This document shows positions 1 through 13,769 of a stretch of 60,000 nucleotides of DNA, one piece after another. Numbering within the stretch: position 1 is the stretch's first letter; each line of letters opens with the position of its first letter. Source of the DNA: Felis catus (Eukaryota); NCBI RefSeq assembly GCF_018350175.1, contig NC_058382.1, positions 54,996,001 through 55,056,000 of the forward strand. The letters run 5' to 3'. The notes beneath the pieces were generated by a model, which saw only the letters and a program-made list of their open reading frames with translations, ran no database searches and had not been told where the DNA came from. A program made the position numbers and the translations under genes.

Positions 1-1639
1 ACCCCCACCTGCTACTTCTTGGCCCATCCCAGGCTGACCATTGCCCGGCCACAAGGCCCTTCCCAGCCCTGGGAGTCCTCCCACTGGCCAGCAGGGGGAC
101 GTGGACGGGGTGCTAAGTTTGGCAGTGGGCACCGTTGGCTCAGCTCCACAGGGCAGGCCCTAACCGGGGCTCGTGGTGTGTGTATGCTCCATAAGGAAAA
201 GGCGATGCTTCAGCGGAAACTGAGAGGCTGCTGGAGGCTTTCCTATTGGACAGATTGGGAAACTGTCAGTCACTGAAGAAGTGAGGTGGGGGGCGGGGAA
301 GATAGTGGAAGGTTCTAGAAGAGTCTTTGACTTTAACCTGAAATAGTCCCTCAACTCGGCTCATTTTCTTACCCATCCGCGAGCAGGTTTGCTGTGCTCC
401 ACGCTGTGCTCCGTGCTGGGGACGCATAGGTGACCCCTGGGGGCAGGTCACCATCCCTACCCTCAGGGGTTCGCAGACACTGGGGAGACACAGACTCATG
501 AGTAAATAGTCACTTTGCAACTCACTTGGTGCTTACGCCACTGATCCTGAGTATTAGAATGGACCAAATGGAAGACAGTGGGGGCAAGGACCATATTGTC
601 CCCTGGCGTCCCCAGGGCTCCATGCACAGTAGGTGCTCATTAAGTGCTTGCTGGAGAAACGTTTGTATAAGGTGTCATCGCCATCTACTGAGTTGTCTCT
701 CATCCCTCTCTCGTTTCTTCCTCTGAGAGGGGAACATTCATTTCTATAGCGTTCAGAGAGGCACGCCCTCTTCTGGAATGTACTCAAGGAGAGTTGCCTT
801 ATAATGTAACTAAGGTTAACTGAGCACGTGCTAAACACTTTGCCCTGATTGCCTTTTTAATCTGCCCAACAAATTATGTATGGATGGGGGACAGAGGAGG
901 AAACTGAGGCACAGGAAGAGCTGGGCGGTTCAGCCCACGTTGTGTGGCACAGCGGTGGGACAGGGATCCCCCAGCCCCCTCGCCAGCTTTTCCGGGCTCA
1001 GAGCGCTCCTGAGATGCTGATTCGGACCGAATCGTCCCCGGCACTGACTCCCTCGCCCTCGGCCTCCACGCTGCCTGTGGAGACGGTCGCAGAGCTGTCG
1101 CGAGTCCAGTTTTTCCAGGAGGCTTGAAGCACGGGCGATGTGGGCTTCGGGGAACAGAAAACTTTTTCTCAAGGTAGGCTTGTGGGTCTCCTGAGTGATG
1201 ATCAGGGCCCCAGGAAGGAAGGTCCCGCACGGAGGCTGACTTCATCCGTGAGCGTAGAATAAACACCAGGATGAGGGGCCCTAGAGGCTGCAGCTGGGGC
1301 CCAGGGACACACCGCCCTGCTCCCCTCCTTTACTCGCCTGGTGCCTCCAGGGGTGCCTGAATTCCTGCCACCGTGACCACCCGGGAGCCCCAGCCAGAGA
1401 GCTTTGAGCTGCGTGTGGGCGCTTAGGAGTTCTGAGTTCAAGTCCTGCCCCTGGACCATCCCAGCTGTGTGAACTGCGCGTGCGTGAGGAGGAGTCTGCG
1501 TCTCTCGGGGAGGAATGTGTTTCTGGCAAAGCGTCTGGCTCAGGGTCTGACCAGGGTTTGATCCCGTAACGAACACCGGAATAAATTTTGCAGGCTGCCT
1601 GAACTCTAAACCGTTGTTGAAACGAGAACAAATGTTCAT

Positions 1640-2010
1640 AAACGCTCATTTTGTGCCTGGTGCTGTTCTACGCTCTCTCTCTCTCTATTATCTCGCCTAG
1701 TCCCCATAACAACTCTCTGGGACGGGTGCTACCAATCTTTCTTCAGATCTGAGACCCCATTGCTGGTAAGATACCCTCTTCTCTCTCCGACCTCGGAGAG
1801 AGAAAAGAATGTAGCAGAGCCTTATTACCCGGCCAACTTTAAGGGAGGTTCAGCTGTGTTTGAACTGACGAAGTACGATACTACTGTGTGCATTCTACAT
1901 GAGGAAATCAAGGCACCGAGAAGTGCCTAACTTCTCCGCGCATAGCTAGCCAGAGGCAGAGCCAGGACTCAAACGCTGGGGGCCTCTTACCAGAGCCTGG
2001 TGCCATAACC
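1640..2010 (-). mobile_element. MIR interrupted by an unidentified insert of about 130 bp
   Basis: MIR halves ...ccccataacaactct...cttcagat and ...atgaggaaatcaaggc...ggcagagccaggactcaaac. Confidence 0.6.
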
Positions 2011-4069
2011 ACTGTGGGGTGCTGCGCAATTACGAGAACTAGCGTAGAACAGGGAGTAAGAGCACAGGGTGTAGAGTCAGATGCAGTTGGGAGTCCCGCT
2101 CCTGGGAATTACTGGGTGGCTTTAAGTTGTCCCAGTGCCTCTGAGCCTTGGTGTTCTCAGCTCCAAGTGGAAGTGTTAGGAGCGCTTGGCCCCAGTGGAG
2201 GCTGTTGTCTGCTGAGGATTTGACCGCCAGGGCAGTCACCATCATCACCATCAGCGTCATCCCATCGTCACCACCACCACCAGTTCATTCAAAGGGAAAG
2301 AGGCTGCATATAAGTCTCTTCCCTGCTGTCCCCGGGGGCTTCGGCACGCTGGATGCGGCGTCTCACCCGGTCAGCGGCAATCCCAGCCCTGAGTCCCGTG
2401 AGTACTGGGTCTCTCCTAGAGTTAACCTGCGGGCCATCTGTACGAGGTGCAGGTCACGTGTGTCTTCAGAAAGGAAAGACAGGGGCATTTTAAGTGCTTA
2501 ACCCCTATCCTGAGAATAACAGGCCATCAAATTTGAGTTGGAAAACGAGAACGTTTTGGAGCTAATATGCGTATAATGAAGGAGTAGGAGAAATCACTTG
2601 ATGAATTCTTTCTGGAGCACCAAGATGGGACACAGTGTGAGTTCTTTGATCCTGGGAACAAGCCCAGGGGTCCCATCTGTCCCGCCTCAGGGTCCAGGAC
2701 AGATGGAGAGTGAGATGAGGTATTAGCCTCTGTTTCCTCATCTGTGAAATGGGCACTGTAACGCTGCATTCACTGCAAGCCCCATGCCTCTTCTCTTCCC
2801 TCACCATACTTCCTCTTTCTTATACCACTTTTTGGGAAATAATTGCGTGATTTTTCTCATCTCTGAAAATTTTCTCCTGCTTAGGCAGCTTAGAGGATGC
2901 TTACAAAGGCATTTTCTGAAGGGATGTTGTTAGAGGCACAGTGGATCCTGAGCTCGCAATGCCAGGTCAGATCTTCACCTGGGTAGGGAGGGAGAGGAGC
3001 TTAGCAGGAGGTGAGACTGACGGGGAGACCGGTACCACATTGTCCAGGGCCTCGAACACCACCTGGAGGGATTTGGACTTTTTCCGAGAGCTAAGGCAGT
3101 GCCACCAGAGTTTGTTAAGAAGGGCATTGGTGTTTTTGTGCGGTTGAGAAGGACTTCTTCCCAAATGAACAAACTGCCACCCTCATCCCCAACCCCTGCC
3201 TTCCTGCTGTTTCCAGGAATGTCTTAGCCTAGCATTTCCTAAAAGGAGTATTGTTATATGATGTTAAGAGGGGTGCTAGCAAAAAGTAAGAATGACAACC
3301 ACCACCACTGCAACAGAACAAACACGAGCAAAGATTCTGTGACATGGGTATACAAACAGTGAAGGCAGGTTTCTTGGCTGCAGGACTTCTCAGTGCCTTT
3401 AATACGTCACTGTGAATTGTAAACATCAGTAAGGGGAGTATTAGAGACAGTTCTCCACATATATTTGTCTGTGGGACCACTCCCTTCCTCCCTCCCTTCC
3501 TCCCTCCCTTCCCCTTTTGTCCAAAAACGATCTCCTCTTGGAGCCCACGTTAGAGTTGACTCTGATTTTCCTGATCCCTTTAGCCCAGAAAGTAGGAAAT
3601 CTTCATGGATGGGCTGATATGTAGGGTATTTTTCCTGACCAGTTAGATGGAGACAGCTTGGGCCTTTCCACATGGGAGACGTCACGAAAGGCTGTGCACA
3701 GGACAGCATGGTGGCCTCTCTCGGGGCTGAGACTGGGAGCAGCAACACCAGTCCCTGTGGGCACTGGCCGGTGCCATTGCAGATAAGCCAGACCTCTCTC
3801 CACACTGGTCCTCAGGGAAGGACGATGACAGAGACGAGCCCAAGCCACCTGCTGCCCCGGAACCATCCACTCCTGTGAGGTCCAACATCATTTGACATCA
3901 GCTGACCTCTCCAGCTGTGTCTTTCTCTCTCCTCCGTGCTGGCCGGTGGGATCGGGGAGAAGGAGCATTGGCGAAGAGTCGGGAGACAGGTGTTCCAGAT
4001 TTTGCTCAGTTTCTGCAGCTCAGGAAATCAACATCCCTCTCCTGAGCCTCTGTGGGTTCAGGTGAGAAT

Positions 4070-4170
4070 TCCATTTGACCTTGGGGCAAGCACCTGGCCC
4101 TCTCTGTGCCTCAGTTTCCCCTGCAGGGAAATGGGGATGCCACCACCTACCTCATAGGGCTGTTGCGGGG
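4070..4170 (+). mobile_element. MIR core, representative of many MIR fragments in the window
   Basis: ctctgtgcctcagtttcccctgc...aaatggggatg...cctacctcatagggctgttg. Confidence 0.8.
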
Positions 4171-5129
4171 GTGCTCAGGGGTCATCTCATAACGGCAGGA
4201 GGGAAGATGGGGGATGAAGGGCTGGTGGAGGTCAGCTGAGACGGATGGCTGCAGCTGGGCCTCCTGGGCGCCTCTCGGGGGTTCAAGGCCTTCCTGTCCA
4301 CCCCTCTGCCTTGCCCCGTTTGGCCCTCACTTACTCACTTGAGCCACCCACAAATCTAGTACCTTCTTCTCACCCAGGACAGCCCTCTGGACTTTGAAAG
4401 GCAGTCTCTGCCTTGAAAGCCATTCTGTCCATTAGGGAAAAGGGTTCGCCTTGAGTCTCCTTCCTGAAGGAATCAGCAGAAACCCGCTGGGCCTGTTTTT
4501 GGGTGTCTCTCTGGGACGACGGGAGGAGACGTGGGCTTGGAGAGTGTTTCCGAACCAGAGCAGAGTAGGAGAGAGGGTCCCAGGCCCTCCTGAGCACCCC
4601 GTCCGCCTGAGGGGCACCTGCCTGATGCTTTACCTGTCAGGACTCTCGTTCAGTTGAAGAAAGGGTCCTGCTGCTCGAAAAAAGTAGAACAATAGAACAG
4701 GTTCGCAGAGTACTAAGCTGGGCTGGATACGTCCCCGGTCGTCTAAGGAACAGGTGTTTCTGATAGAGCACAACCAGTCAGGATGTTCAGGTCCATAGAG
4801 TTCCTTCTCTTAGGGTCCTTGCAAGCAAGGACGGGTAGGGGCAGGGGGCGCCTCCACACCTGCCTTCGGCTGCACCTGCCTTACCAGCTACCCCGCCGCT
4901 CCCCCCTCCTCCCACCTCTCCAGACGTCCTCGCCATCGTGAACTGAGTGTTTGCTGTGTTGAGCACTGGCGTCCATCGTCTTTTCTCATTTCCTTACCTT
5001 CGCGATGCCGTGAGGGCACGGCTGCGACCAGACCCGTTTCCTGGTCACACAGGAGCCTGGGTCTCCCAGCGCCAGAACCTTTGACACGGTGAGCTTTGTG
5101 CTGGGCACTGAGCTGAGGATTTAAAAAAG

Positions 5130-5615
5130 TCAGATCAAAAATTCGCACACCGTGACATAAACCGTTCTAAAGTGAATACTGTTGTGCGACCACGTCCTCT
5201 GTCCGGTTCCAGAACATTCTCACCGCCACTAAACTCCGTGCCCATTAGAAGTCCCTCCTCACTTCCTCCAGCCCCTGGCAACCACCCATCGGTGTTTTGT
5301 CCTGTGGTTTTTCTGGAAACTTCAAATAATTTGACTCGTATAATCCGCGGTCTTTTGTGAGCGGCTTCCTTCACGCGGGATGATGTTTCCAAAGTTCATC
5401 TGCACTGTGGCATCTGTCAGTCCTTCATTCTTTTTTATGGCTGATTTACATTCCACCATCTGGACGGACCGCATTTGGTGTAGCCGTTCATCCGCTGATG
5501 GACAGTCGGGTTGTCTCCACCTTTTAGTTGCTGTGAATGGTGCTGCTGTGGGTGTTCACCGTTGTGTGATTCCCTGCTTTCAGTTTCTTTGGTTGTTGCC
5601 TCGGAGGGGAATGCT
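5130..5615 (-). mobile_element. Old L1 3' end remnant (L1MB-like)
   Basis: Typical antisense L1 3' motifs: cccctggcaaccac, ttccaaagttcatc, ctgatggacag...ggttgtctccacc. Confidence 0.8.
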
Positions 5616-8600
5616 GAACTCAGCATTCGTAGGAATGGCGTCTTCTTTAATCCTCACAAAACTCCCGGAAGTAGGTACAGATGGGGACACTGAGGCACGG
5701 TGTTGGAACCACCTGCCGTCACACCAGACAGCTCCCAAATGGCAGAGTCGGGCTTTGAATTCAGGGAGTGGGATCCCCGGAGCCCACGGCCTGGAGCTGC
5801 TGCTCTCTGTCTCTGCCACATCGGGCCTGAAACCAAAGGGCCGCCCCCCACGTACAGGAATGCTGCACTGCTCAGCGCAGTGCCCCCCGGGTTCCTCCCT
5901 GGAGCGTGTGTTTGGTAACGTGCCAGCTCAGCCCCCGTTTCTCTGAGCCGGATGAGGCCAAGGCACCGTTTTTAAAAATCACGTAGACTGAGTTTGAGAA
6001 GGACAGGTGGGGTTAGGGTTGGGGACGGGGACCAGGAAGGCTCCTCTTGGAGTCAAAGCCCTGCCCTCAAAGGTGGTGAGTGGCCTTTGATTACTTCCCG
6101 GTGTTCCACGGGAGCGTTTTTCAGCGGAAGAAAACTCCACTGTTTGAGTCAGCGGTGGGCCTTCGTGCCCGTACACAGAGGAGCCCCTCATCTGCTCTGA
6201 GACCACCACTCTCCCACAGTCACACTGATCGCAAACACAGCCCAGAAGCCCAGGAAGAAGCATCCCCAGAAGTGGCAGCCGACATACACTGAGCTCACAG
6301 CCTTCGTTCATCTGCACCCTGGGCGCGGCCGACAGGTGTATTGCTTGGGTTTCTGGGACTTTGGAAGGAGATGCAGCTAATGAGTTAGGAGGAGGAAGGG
6401 AGGCTTTGATGCGCTGACATGCTGTCCTCGGAGAGCTGAAATACCTGACAGCCCGGAGTCTGGGGAGGAGGGGGAAGTGACAGGAAGAAAGTAAGGGTAC
6501 AGCATGCACAGCGGTTGGGGACAGTCAGTGCAGAGGCCGGCCGCTCACTCACGGCTTCGGGAGCTCCTGACGGTGGCAGTGTGCAGTTAAGGATGCTCCA
6601 CATGACAACTATGTCATCAAGAAAAGGGCAGAGGACATTCCACGTGGTCTGTTAAAGCTAGGAGAGAGGACACATCTCTATCTAGAATTCTTAAAATTTT
6701 TCTAAAGGGCCTTGGCACTCGGAGGGTAAGGTCTGGCTGGCGTTGCCTCTGACCTTGGCTGCCTGGTGGGGCAGTGAAAGGGGGAATTGTTCCTGGGGCT
6801 GCAAATGGGACCCTGCCAACATCTGGGCTGCCCGGCGCCTTCGTCTCCCCGCTGACGGCGGGCAGCGCTGGGAAGGTCCCGAGCCCCATGTCTGTGTGAA
6901 CGTCTCCCCCTGTTGTCGCGAGCCCCGCCCCCGAGGTCGGGGCCGGGGGCCCCGCACAGCAGCAGAGGAAGTTCTGTTCTTTGACCCTGACTGCGAGCGG
7001 CCACCCCGTCTACTCTCGCTATTTCTTGTGCCGCCGTCCTGGGCTAACCCTGAGTTCTTTTCTCAACCAGCGCCCAGTTTCGCTTTGTGAAAATACATCG
7101 GTGGGAGTATTTGTCCCTGGGCAGAGAGGGGGGACCAGCCCTCGATGGACGTTGCCAGCAGAGAGCTTCCTACAGTCAGGGCAAGGATGCGGAGGGAGTA
7201 GTGAGTCGCTCCTTTCGCTGTTCTTTCACACTGGGGCCTGTTGGCGGTACGTTAATTTGCACCCACGCTTCCCATCGGGTCTGTCTGAGCACCGTGACTT
7301 CCGGGGACACCCTTCCCTCGTGGGCTCTGAGAAAGGGCACCTGACCTTTTTCTCGTAAGTGACTTGAACACAGCAAACATTGGTCACCTCACAGCATTTT
7401 GACGATCAGGAAGCAGCTCAGCTCCTACCGAAAACCCCAGAGTACTTGGCCAAAGGGGCTGGGTCTTCTCTCCAGGTGGAGTGGGGCCGTCCAGAGTCAC
7501 CGGGCGGAGTGACGAGCCAGACAGGCAGGTGTTTCAGGCGGGAAACTTTGGCAGGGTTTTGAAGGCAGCAAGACTGGAAGCGCGAGGTCCAGACAGGAAA
7601 CCTTTGCAGGGTATTCCAGAAGAAAGACGAGGGGAGACAGGGCCGGAACAGAGGGTACGGGAATGTGTGGGTGACTCAGAGGGGCAGGTCGCAGCTGGAT
7701 TTGACCCTGGGGACTGACGGAGGAGGTCAGGGTCCAGGCTGTTGCGTACGATAGAGCCGTGGGGTTTTGCACGTGGCCAGCTGGTAGACGTGGTTGCCCC
7801 ACACCAGGCTTGGGGGGACAGCAGGGAGAGCCCACGGGGCGGGTTCAGCTTAGCGGGTGATCTGGAAGAAGAGCCTGGCAGTCATCCAGGCGGTGGTGCC
7901 CGGCAGGCAGTCACTAGACTGTAAGCCCTCCACGAAGGGCGAGGAGTTTTGTTTTGTTTTGTTTGATGACGTGTCCCCAACGCCCGGAACATGCTGGAAG
8001 CACTTTTGTGGCACACAGGAAGCACTCGATAAATATTTGATAAATGAATAAACTGTGAGTCTGAAGCTCAGGAAGCAGACTCTTAATCCAGTTTGTAGAT
8101 TATTTATTTCAAGCTGAGTACAAGTCTGGGTGTGCGTGTGTGTGTATAAAATCGTCTTTCTCTGTGCAAGAACGACTATGTTTTTACCTAAAGCGGTCAC
8201 AGGGCTTCCTTGGAAATTGCTGAGGCCACGGATCTGGTGTGAGGAGTGTGTGGACACCGATTGATCACGATACACTGAGGGCTTGGCTCCTTCTACGCCG
8301 GAGGCCGATGCTCTTGGACATGAGCTCTGTTGATCCTATGCGGACCAGCCTGGTGTCGTCCATCATCTGAATTATTGACACGTGACTAGAAACCAGGAGA
8401 GGATTTCTGCTCTTGAAAGGGCCTCCGAAGGAGCCCCCTGAGACCCAGCTCTTCCCCTCCCTGCCCGGGAAGGGACGCCCGCTGGCCGCTGGCTTGGGGG
8501 GGGGGGGGGGGTTGGGTTCTGCAGGGCCCACACCACCCGCCCCTGGGAGTCTTCCCGCGTGGCCCAGGCCCTGCTTAAGAAAGAGCAGAGGCTGCAAGCC

Positions 8601-8659
8601 AGCGGCTCCGGCATCCTCCTTGGGTCTGTAAGATTCTTAGAATTCATTGCACGTATTTT

Positions 8660-8990
8660 AGACTTTCTTTTCATTGAGGTGAGACTCCTGTAACGTAAAA
8701 GTGGCCAGCGTGAAGTATACAATTCAGTGGCCTTTGCTTCCTTCCCAAGTACCACAGCTGGGGCGCTCACATCACCGCCAGAGGCCACTGTTGCTCTTGT
8801 CCCCTCCCCCAGCCCGTGACAGCCACTCACCTTCTCTCTGTCTCCGCGGATTTGCATCTTCTGGACGGTGCGGGGAAGTGGAGTCACACACCGTGAGGTC
8901 TTCTGCGTCTGGCGTCGCGTTCTCGAGGTCCATGCACGCCGTGCTGTGCCTCGGTAGGAACTCGTTCCATTTTGCAGAGAAGTTCATGCC
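8660..8990 (-). mobile_element. Old L1 3' remnant
   Basis: tgaagtatacaattcagtgg...ggatttgcatcttctggac...ggagtcacac. Confidence 0.65.
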
Positions 8991-11349
8991 AGACGTTAGG
9001 GTTTGCGGGTGCTCCGTGAGGCAGCGCCCCTCAGCCCTCTTCCCTGGACCTCGGCAGGCCCTTTGGCATGGCTCTGGCCGGGAGAGGACCCCCCCCCCCC
9101 GCCCCGCTCCCTCCCTGTCCTCCTGGGTCCCGGCCTCCAGCCCGCCCCTCGGCCTGGCCACAGCCACAGCACACAGCCCACACCCGCAGCTTGGCCCTCC
9201 CAGCCCTTCCCAAGCCGGCCTAGCCCTCTGACCTCATCACCCAGCCCTCTCCCGCGTGTGCACCCAGCTGCAGCCAGGCCCACCTCCCACCATCCCCCAA
9301 AAACGGCTTTCCTCCTGCCTCCAAACACGGTGTCCCTCCATCCCCTTCCCCTCAAACCCCAGCTCGTTCCTCAAGAGTCACCTTCGAGCGCAGTCGGTGG
9401 TTGTCTCCATCCCCCGGGAGAGTGTGTAACCCTCTCGTAGCCCTGTGTCTCCCCCTGTGCTCACCGTGCCTCCCCTTACCACCCCCCCCAGCACCTGGAC
9501 GCAGAGCACAGAGCGCCGTCAGTGGATGTCTGTAGAGTGAATGAGTGACCCACTGAGAAAACAGGCCACGCTCTCCTGCTCAGACTCCGTTGCTTTCTCT
9601 CGCTAGCTTCTGTGAGTTGTCGTGTTGTCGTGTATTCGTACTCCCGTCTCTCCAGAAGGGATTTGGGGGTTTGCTTGGGTCTCTGTGAACGGCATCCCCC
9701 CACACCCAGCCTCCCAACTTCAGGGCCTAACTGATCCAGGCTCGTTCGGAGACGGGATTTGGGGACGTCTTGAGTAGATGGATGCTGAAATGGAGCAAGT
9801 GCTTTTACGCCGCCGTTTGATAACACACGTTCGGCAGCGCTTCTCACAGACGTAGGGAAATCACACCATGGCCTGCGTCTCCCAGAGGAGACATCGAATG
9901 GAGCGTGGCACAGCTCTTCCTTCGTTCACAGGATGGCTCCTTGTGATGGCCGTGGTGGCAGCGGCAGTGGTGGAAAGACCTGGTTGCTCAGGGCTCACCT
10001 AGTTGCAAAGACACACGGCAACCAAGGTCCTTGGCGGCAGTCCCGTGAGTCACTCCTTGCACTTGAGAGCCCTCGGCCTCGTGGATGGGGGGGATCCAAT
10101 CCCTGTGAGCCCCAGCATTCCTCAGTCATCCAGTGGAAATCCAGACATTACATTCTGGTGTCCAAGCCTCTCCATAATCTGGATCTAACCGGTTTCTCAC
10201 TCATCTCCCTCACCCTTTGTCTGTCTGCCTGCCTGCCTGACAAACTCCTATTTATTCACCCTTCCAATCCCAATTCAGAAATCACGTAACTGCCCCAAGG
10301 CTTCTTGAATGATCCCGTGGCTGAGTTAGGGCTCCCTGTGCGTCCACCTCTGCAGGTACTCTACACACAGAGTTCTGATCATCTGTACGCATATGTCTGA
10401 CTCCCCCACTCGGCTGAGAGGTTCTTAAGGGAAGGGATTCTGGACTGTGTTTTTTTCTTGGAGCAAATGCTTGCCAAGCAAATGAGGAGGTAGGTATCTG
10501 TGTGGGTCTGTGACGCTGGGCAGAGAGAGAGGAGGTGGAAAACTTGAGAGGAGAGATGTTTGGAGTCAGATCTGGGGGTTTCCAGGATTCTAGGGGTTCA
10601 CATCAATCTGTTGGGACCCAAGAGCTGATTTGTCGATTTTGAAAAGGGTAAAGACGAGGCAGCCGGAGGTAAAATCTTTGGGTCGGGTGTTGGATTTTGT
10701 TTTTCATTACAGTGTGTTCGGTTTGAGTTGGTAATGCCAGTTACATGCCTTTGATCTGGAATGCTGGTGGACAGGAATACAGGGTCTTCTGTTTGTGAAA
10801 AAAGGGGACACGTGTGACTCCTTACCATGAGCAGGGGCCCTGTAGAATGCACCTGGACGGTGGAAGCAGCCGTTTACAGCTCCATTCCTTCCTGTCTGTC
10901 TGTTCCTACACGAGATCAGATGTTAAATGTTTTTACTATTACCTCTGCTCATTATGTCGTAAGGAAGTTGTTCCTCCGTCCTAGGCGGAGTTTTAAAAGG
11001 CGGAATGCCTGTGAGTAGGACCGATGAGGTGGTTAATCTGTGTCTCATATGCACACACGGGGACCTGGACCCTGGCTTCCCCTCCGCGCCCAGAACCATC
11101 ACTTAGAGAGTCCTTGGCCTTCCAGCCTTCCGCCCAGGCCATCGTAGCCATCTTCCAACTGTCGTCTTGTTTAAACTAGCGGCAAAGCCGAGGCACCCGG
11201 GGTGAAGGGGCTGCAGAGTGCAGCAGGCACCCAGGCTTTCTGAGTCCGCGTTCCAGAACTTTCCTCTTGCCACCTGGCTTCTTCCTGACATGACTGAGCC
11301 TATCTCTCTCCAGTCTGCCTTGGGGGAGTAGATTTTTTTTTCTTCTTTT

Positions 11350-12210
11350 TTTTAGATGTACTTCTTTTAGAGCAGTTTTCAGTTCACAGCAAAAACTGAG
11401 GGGAAGGCACAGAGCTCTCCTGCCCCCCCCCCCCCACATGCATAGCGTTCCCTACAGCAGCGTCCCCACCAGAGTGGATGGTACATTTGGTACAGCTGAT
11501 GCACCCACACTGACTCATCATCACCCAGAGCCCACAGTTCACCTCTGGGTCCGTGATGGGCTTGGACGAATGTTCATCCACCACTATAGTGTTACAGAGA
11601 GTAGTTTCGCTGCCCTAAAAATCCCCAGTGCTCTGCCTGTTTGTCCCCCTCCCCCGGCCCCTGGCAACCACTGATCTCTCATGGTCTCCAAGGTTTTGTC
11701 TTTTCCAGAATGTCCTAGAGTTGGAATCCTACAGCACATAGCCTTTTCACACGGACTTTCCCCTAGTAATAGGCGTTTAAAGTTCTTCATGTCTTTTCAT
11801 GGTTTCATAGCGCGTATCTCTCTTTTTCTTTAATTTTTTAAAAGGTTTTTATTTATTTTTGAGAGAGAGAGACAGAGTACCAGTGAGGGAGGGGCAGAGA
11901 GAGAGGGAGACACAGAATCCGAAGGAGGCTCCAGGCTCTGAGCTGTCAGCACAGAGCCCGATGTGGGACTCGAACTCACAAACTGTGAGATCGTGACCTG
12001 ATCCAAAGTCGGACGCTCAACCGACTGAGCCACCCAGGCGCCCCATAGCTCGTATCTCTCTAGCACGGAATAATATCCCATGGTGCATCTGTAACAGTTT
12101 ATTTATCCACTCCCCTACTGAAGTACATCTTGGTTGGCCAGGTTTGGGCGATTACCACCAAAGCTGCTATAAATACCCGTGCGCGGGTTTTTGTGTAGAC
12201 CTCATTTTTC
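11350..12210 (-). mobile_element. Old L1 3' remnant (L1MC-like), interrupted by a SINE
   Basis: ttttagagcagttttcagttcacagcaaaa...ttttccagaatgtc...aagctgctataaa. Confidence 0.8.
11824..12044 (-). mobile_element. CAN-SINE (SINEC_Fc-type), inserted into an L1 remnant
   Basis: Reverse of the ggggcgcctgggtggctcagtcggttgagcg head, (CT)n and A tail. 17-bp TSD atagc(g/t)cgtatctctct at 11807-11823 and 12045-12061. Confidence 0.96.
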
Positions 12211-13769
12211 AGGAGAAGATTTTTAATGGTTCTAGAGATCCCACCTTAGAGGTGGTTCTGGCCCTGCAGCCCAGCTTCCTTGGAGAATGATCCCTGGGTT
12301 TGTGCCTAAGTAGCCAGCTGTAAAAACTCCCTTGTCACACATCCTGGAGCCCTTGGATGGAAGCCTGCAGTCCCCCAGGCAAGGCCTGAGCCGAGAACAA
12401 GCAGGGATTTCCCGCTTCTTATTTGAAAGCACCAGCAATGGCTGCCAGCACTCGCTTCCCCCAGAACTTTTGTGTTTATTTGTCTAAGATTATGCCCTGC
12501 CTGCCTCCGAGGAGGCTGCGGCTTCTCAAGACACCATGTGAAATGAGGCAATTAGGATCTCGCAGAACGAGCCCCTCCGGATCCCCAGGGATGGGCCCCG
12601 ATTATCCCAGGCCTTGTTTGAAAGCTTGGAGCCTTCTGTTCAGGCGGCACGAGGGAGATACAGTTTACATTGGTTTTGTTTTCTGACCAGAAAAATCACA
12701 CAAAGCCTTCTCGTGGAATACATTCCTTCCCTTCCCTGCCTTTCTTCTTGGCTCCCCCACTCACAGATGAAACCTCTCTAAGAGATTCTAGAAGGACCTG
12801 TCTGTAAAGGGAGAAAGTGTCTGATGGTGAAATTCTGACCCTTGCCGCAAGGGGCTTATTAGCGCAGTCTTGTTATGTCACCTTTGGGGTGGGGGTGGGG
12901 GTGGGGGATCGTCTCATATCAGGCTGGGGATGGTCTTTCTTGGGAAACATCAAGCGGTGGTTCCCCATACTTCTCTAGAATTATCTCTGTGTGATGGTTA
13001 AATTATACTGTACTTTCCTGTGAAATTATTCGGCTGTGCCAAAGCCCAGCATCCGCTTTGGCGGTATCCGCTTTATTTATTTTACTTGAACTTATTTGAC
13101 ATTCTAACTATTTTGCTTACTTGTTTTCTGCCCGTCTCCCCACTACAGGGGAGATCCAATGAGACCCAGAGCCTTGTTCATTCATGGCTCACCGTGGGTC
13201 CTCAGTGCTGCACATGCTGACATTTGTGTGCTGGACACTGAGCTCAGTGAATTCCGTGCACCCCGTCATCCGGCTGTCATAGTGACCCCATCAGCTGGGC
13301 TCTGTTACCCCCGTGTCACAGACGAGGAAACGGGTTCCAGAAGACTAACTTGCTCTGCACCCCGGGGCCCAGAGCCTGTCGAGGCAGAGCTGATGTGTGA
13401 AACCAGGGTTTCTGACTCCCACGCCTGGGTTCTTCACCATTACGATTTGAGTGATACATAAAATGCTATAAAGATATTCTGAACACAGTTATCCGTAACA
13501 AGAGCATGTACCTACGTTTGAGATACAGTGTACCTGTTTATGCAGACGGGCCAATGTTTTTCAGTCTACACACCATGCTCGTGGGCAGGGATGGGTGTCA
13601 CTCACCATGGCATCCCCACAGCCTGGCATGTGCCTGGCACACACGGGTTCTCTTTGTTGAATGATGTAGGCATGCATGATGAGAAAAATCAGAGTGATTC
13701 CCAAGCCCCCGCTGTGGTCTTTGTCCATAGATGGGCAACCGGTGACGCAGAGGAATGTAGTCTTTTCAA

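Noticed and set aside
11830..12081. Recurring WVAQSVERPT...VMISRFVSSSP peptides (also near 46385, 50980, 52887, 32132, 59270)
   Set aside because: These are translations of CAN-SINE copies, not a protein family.
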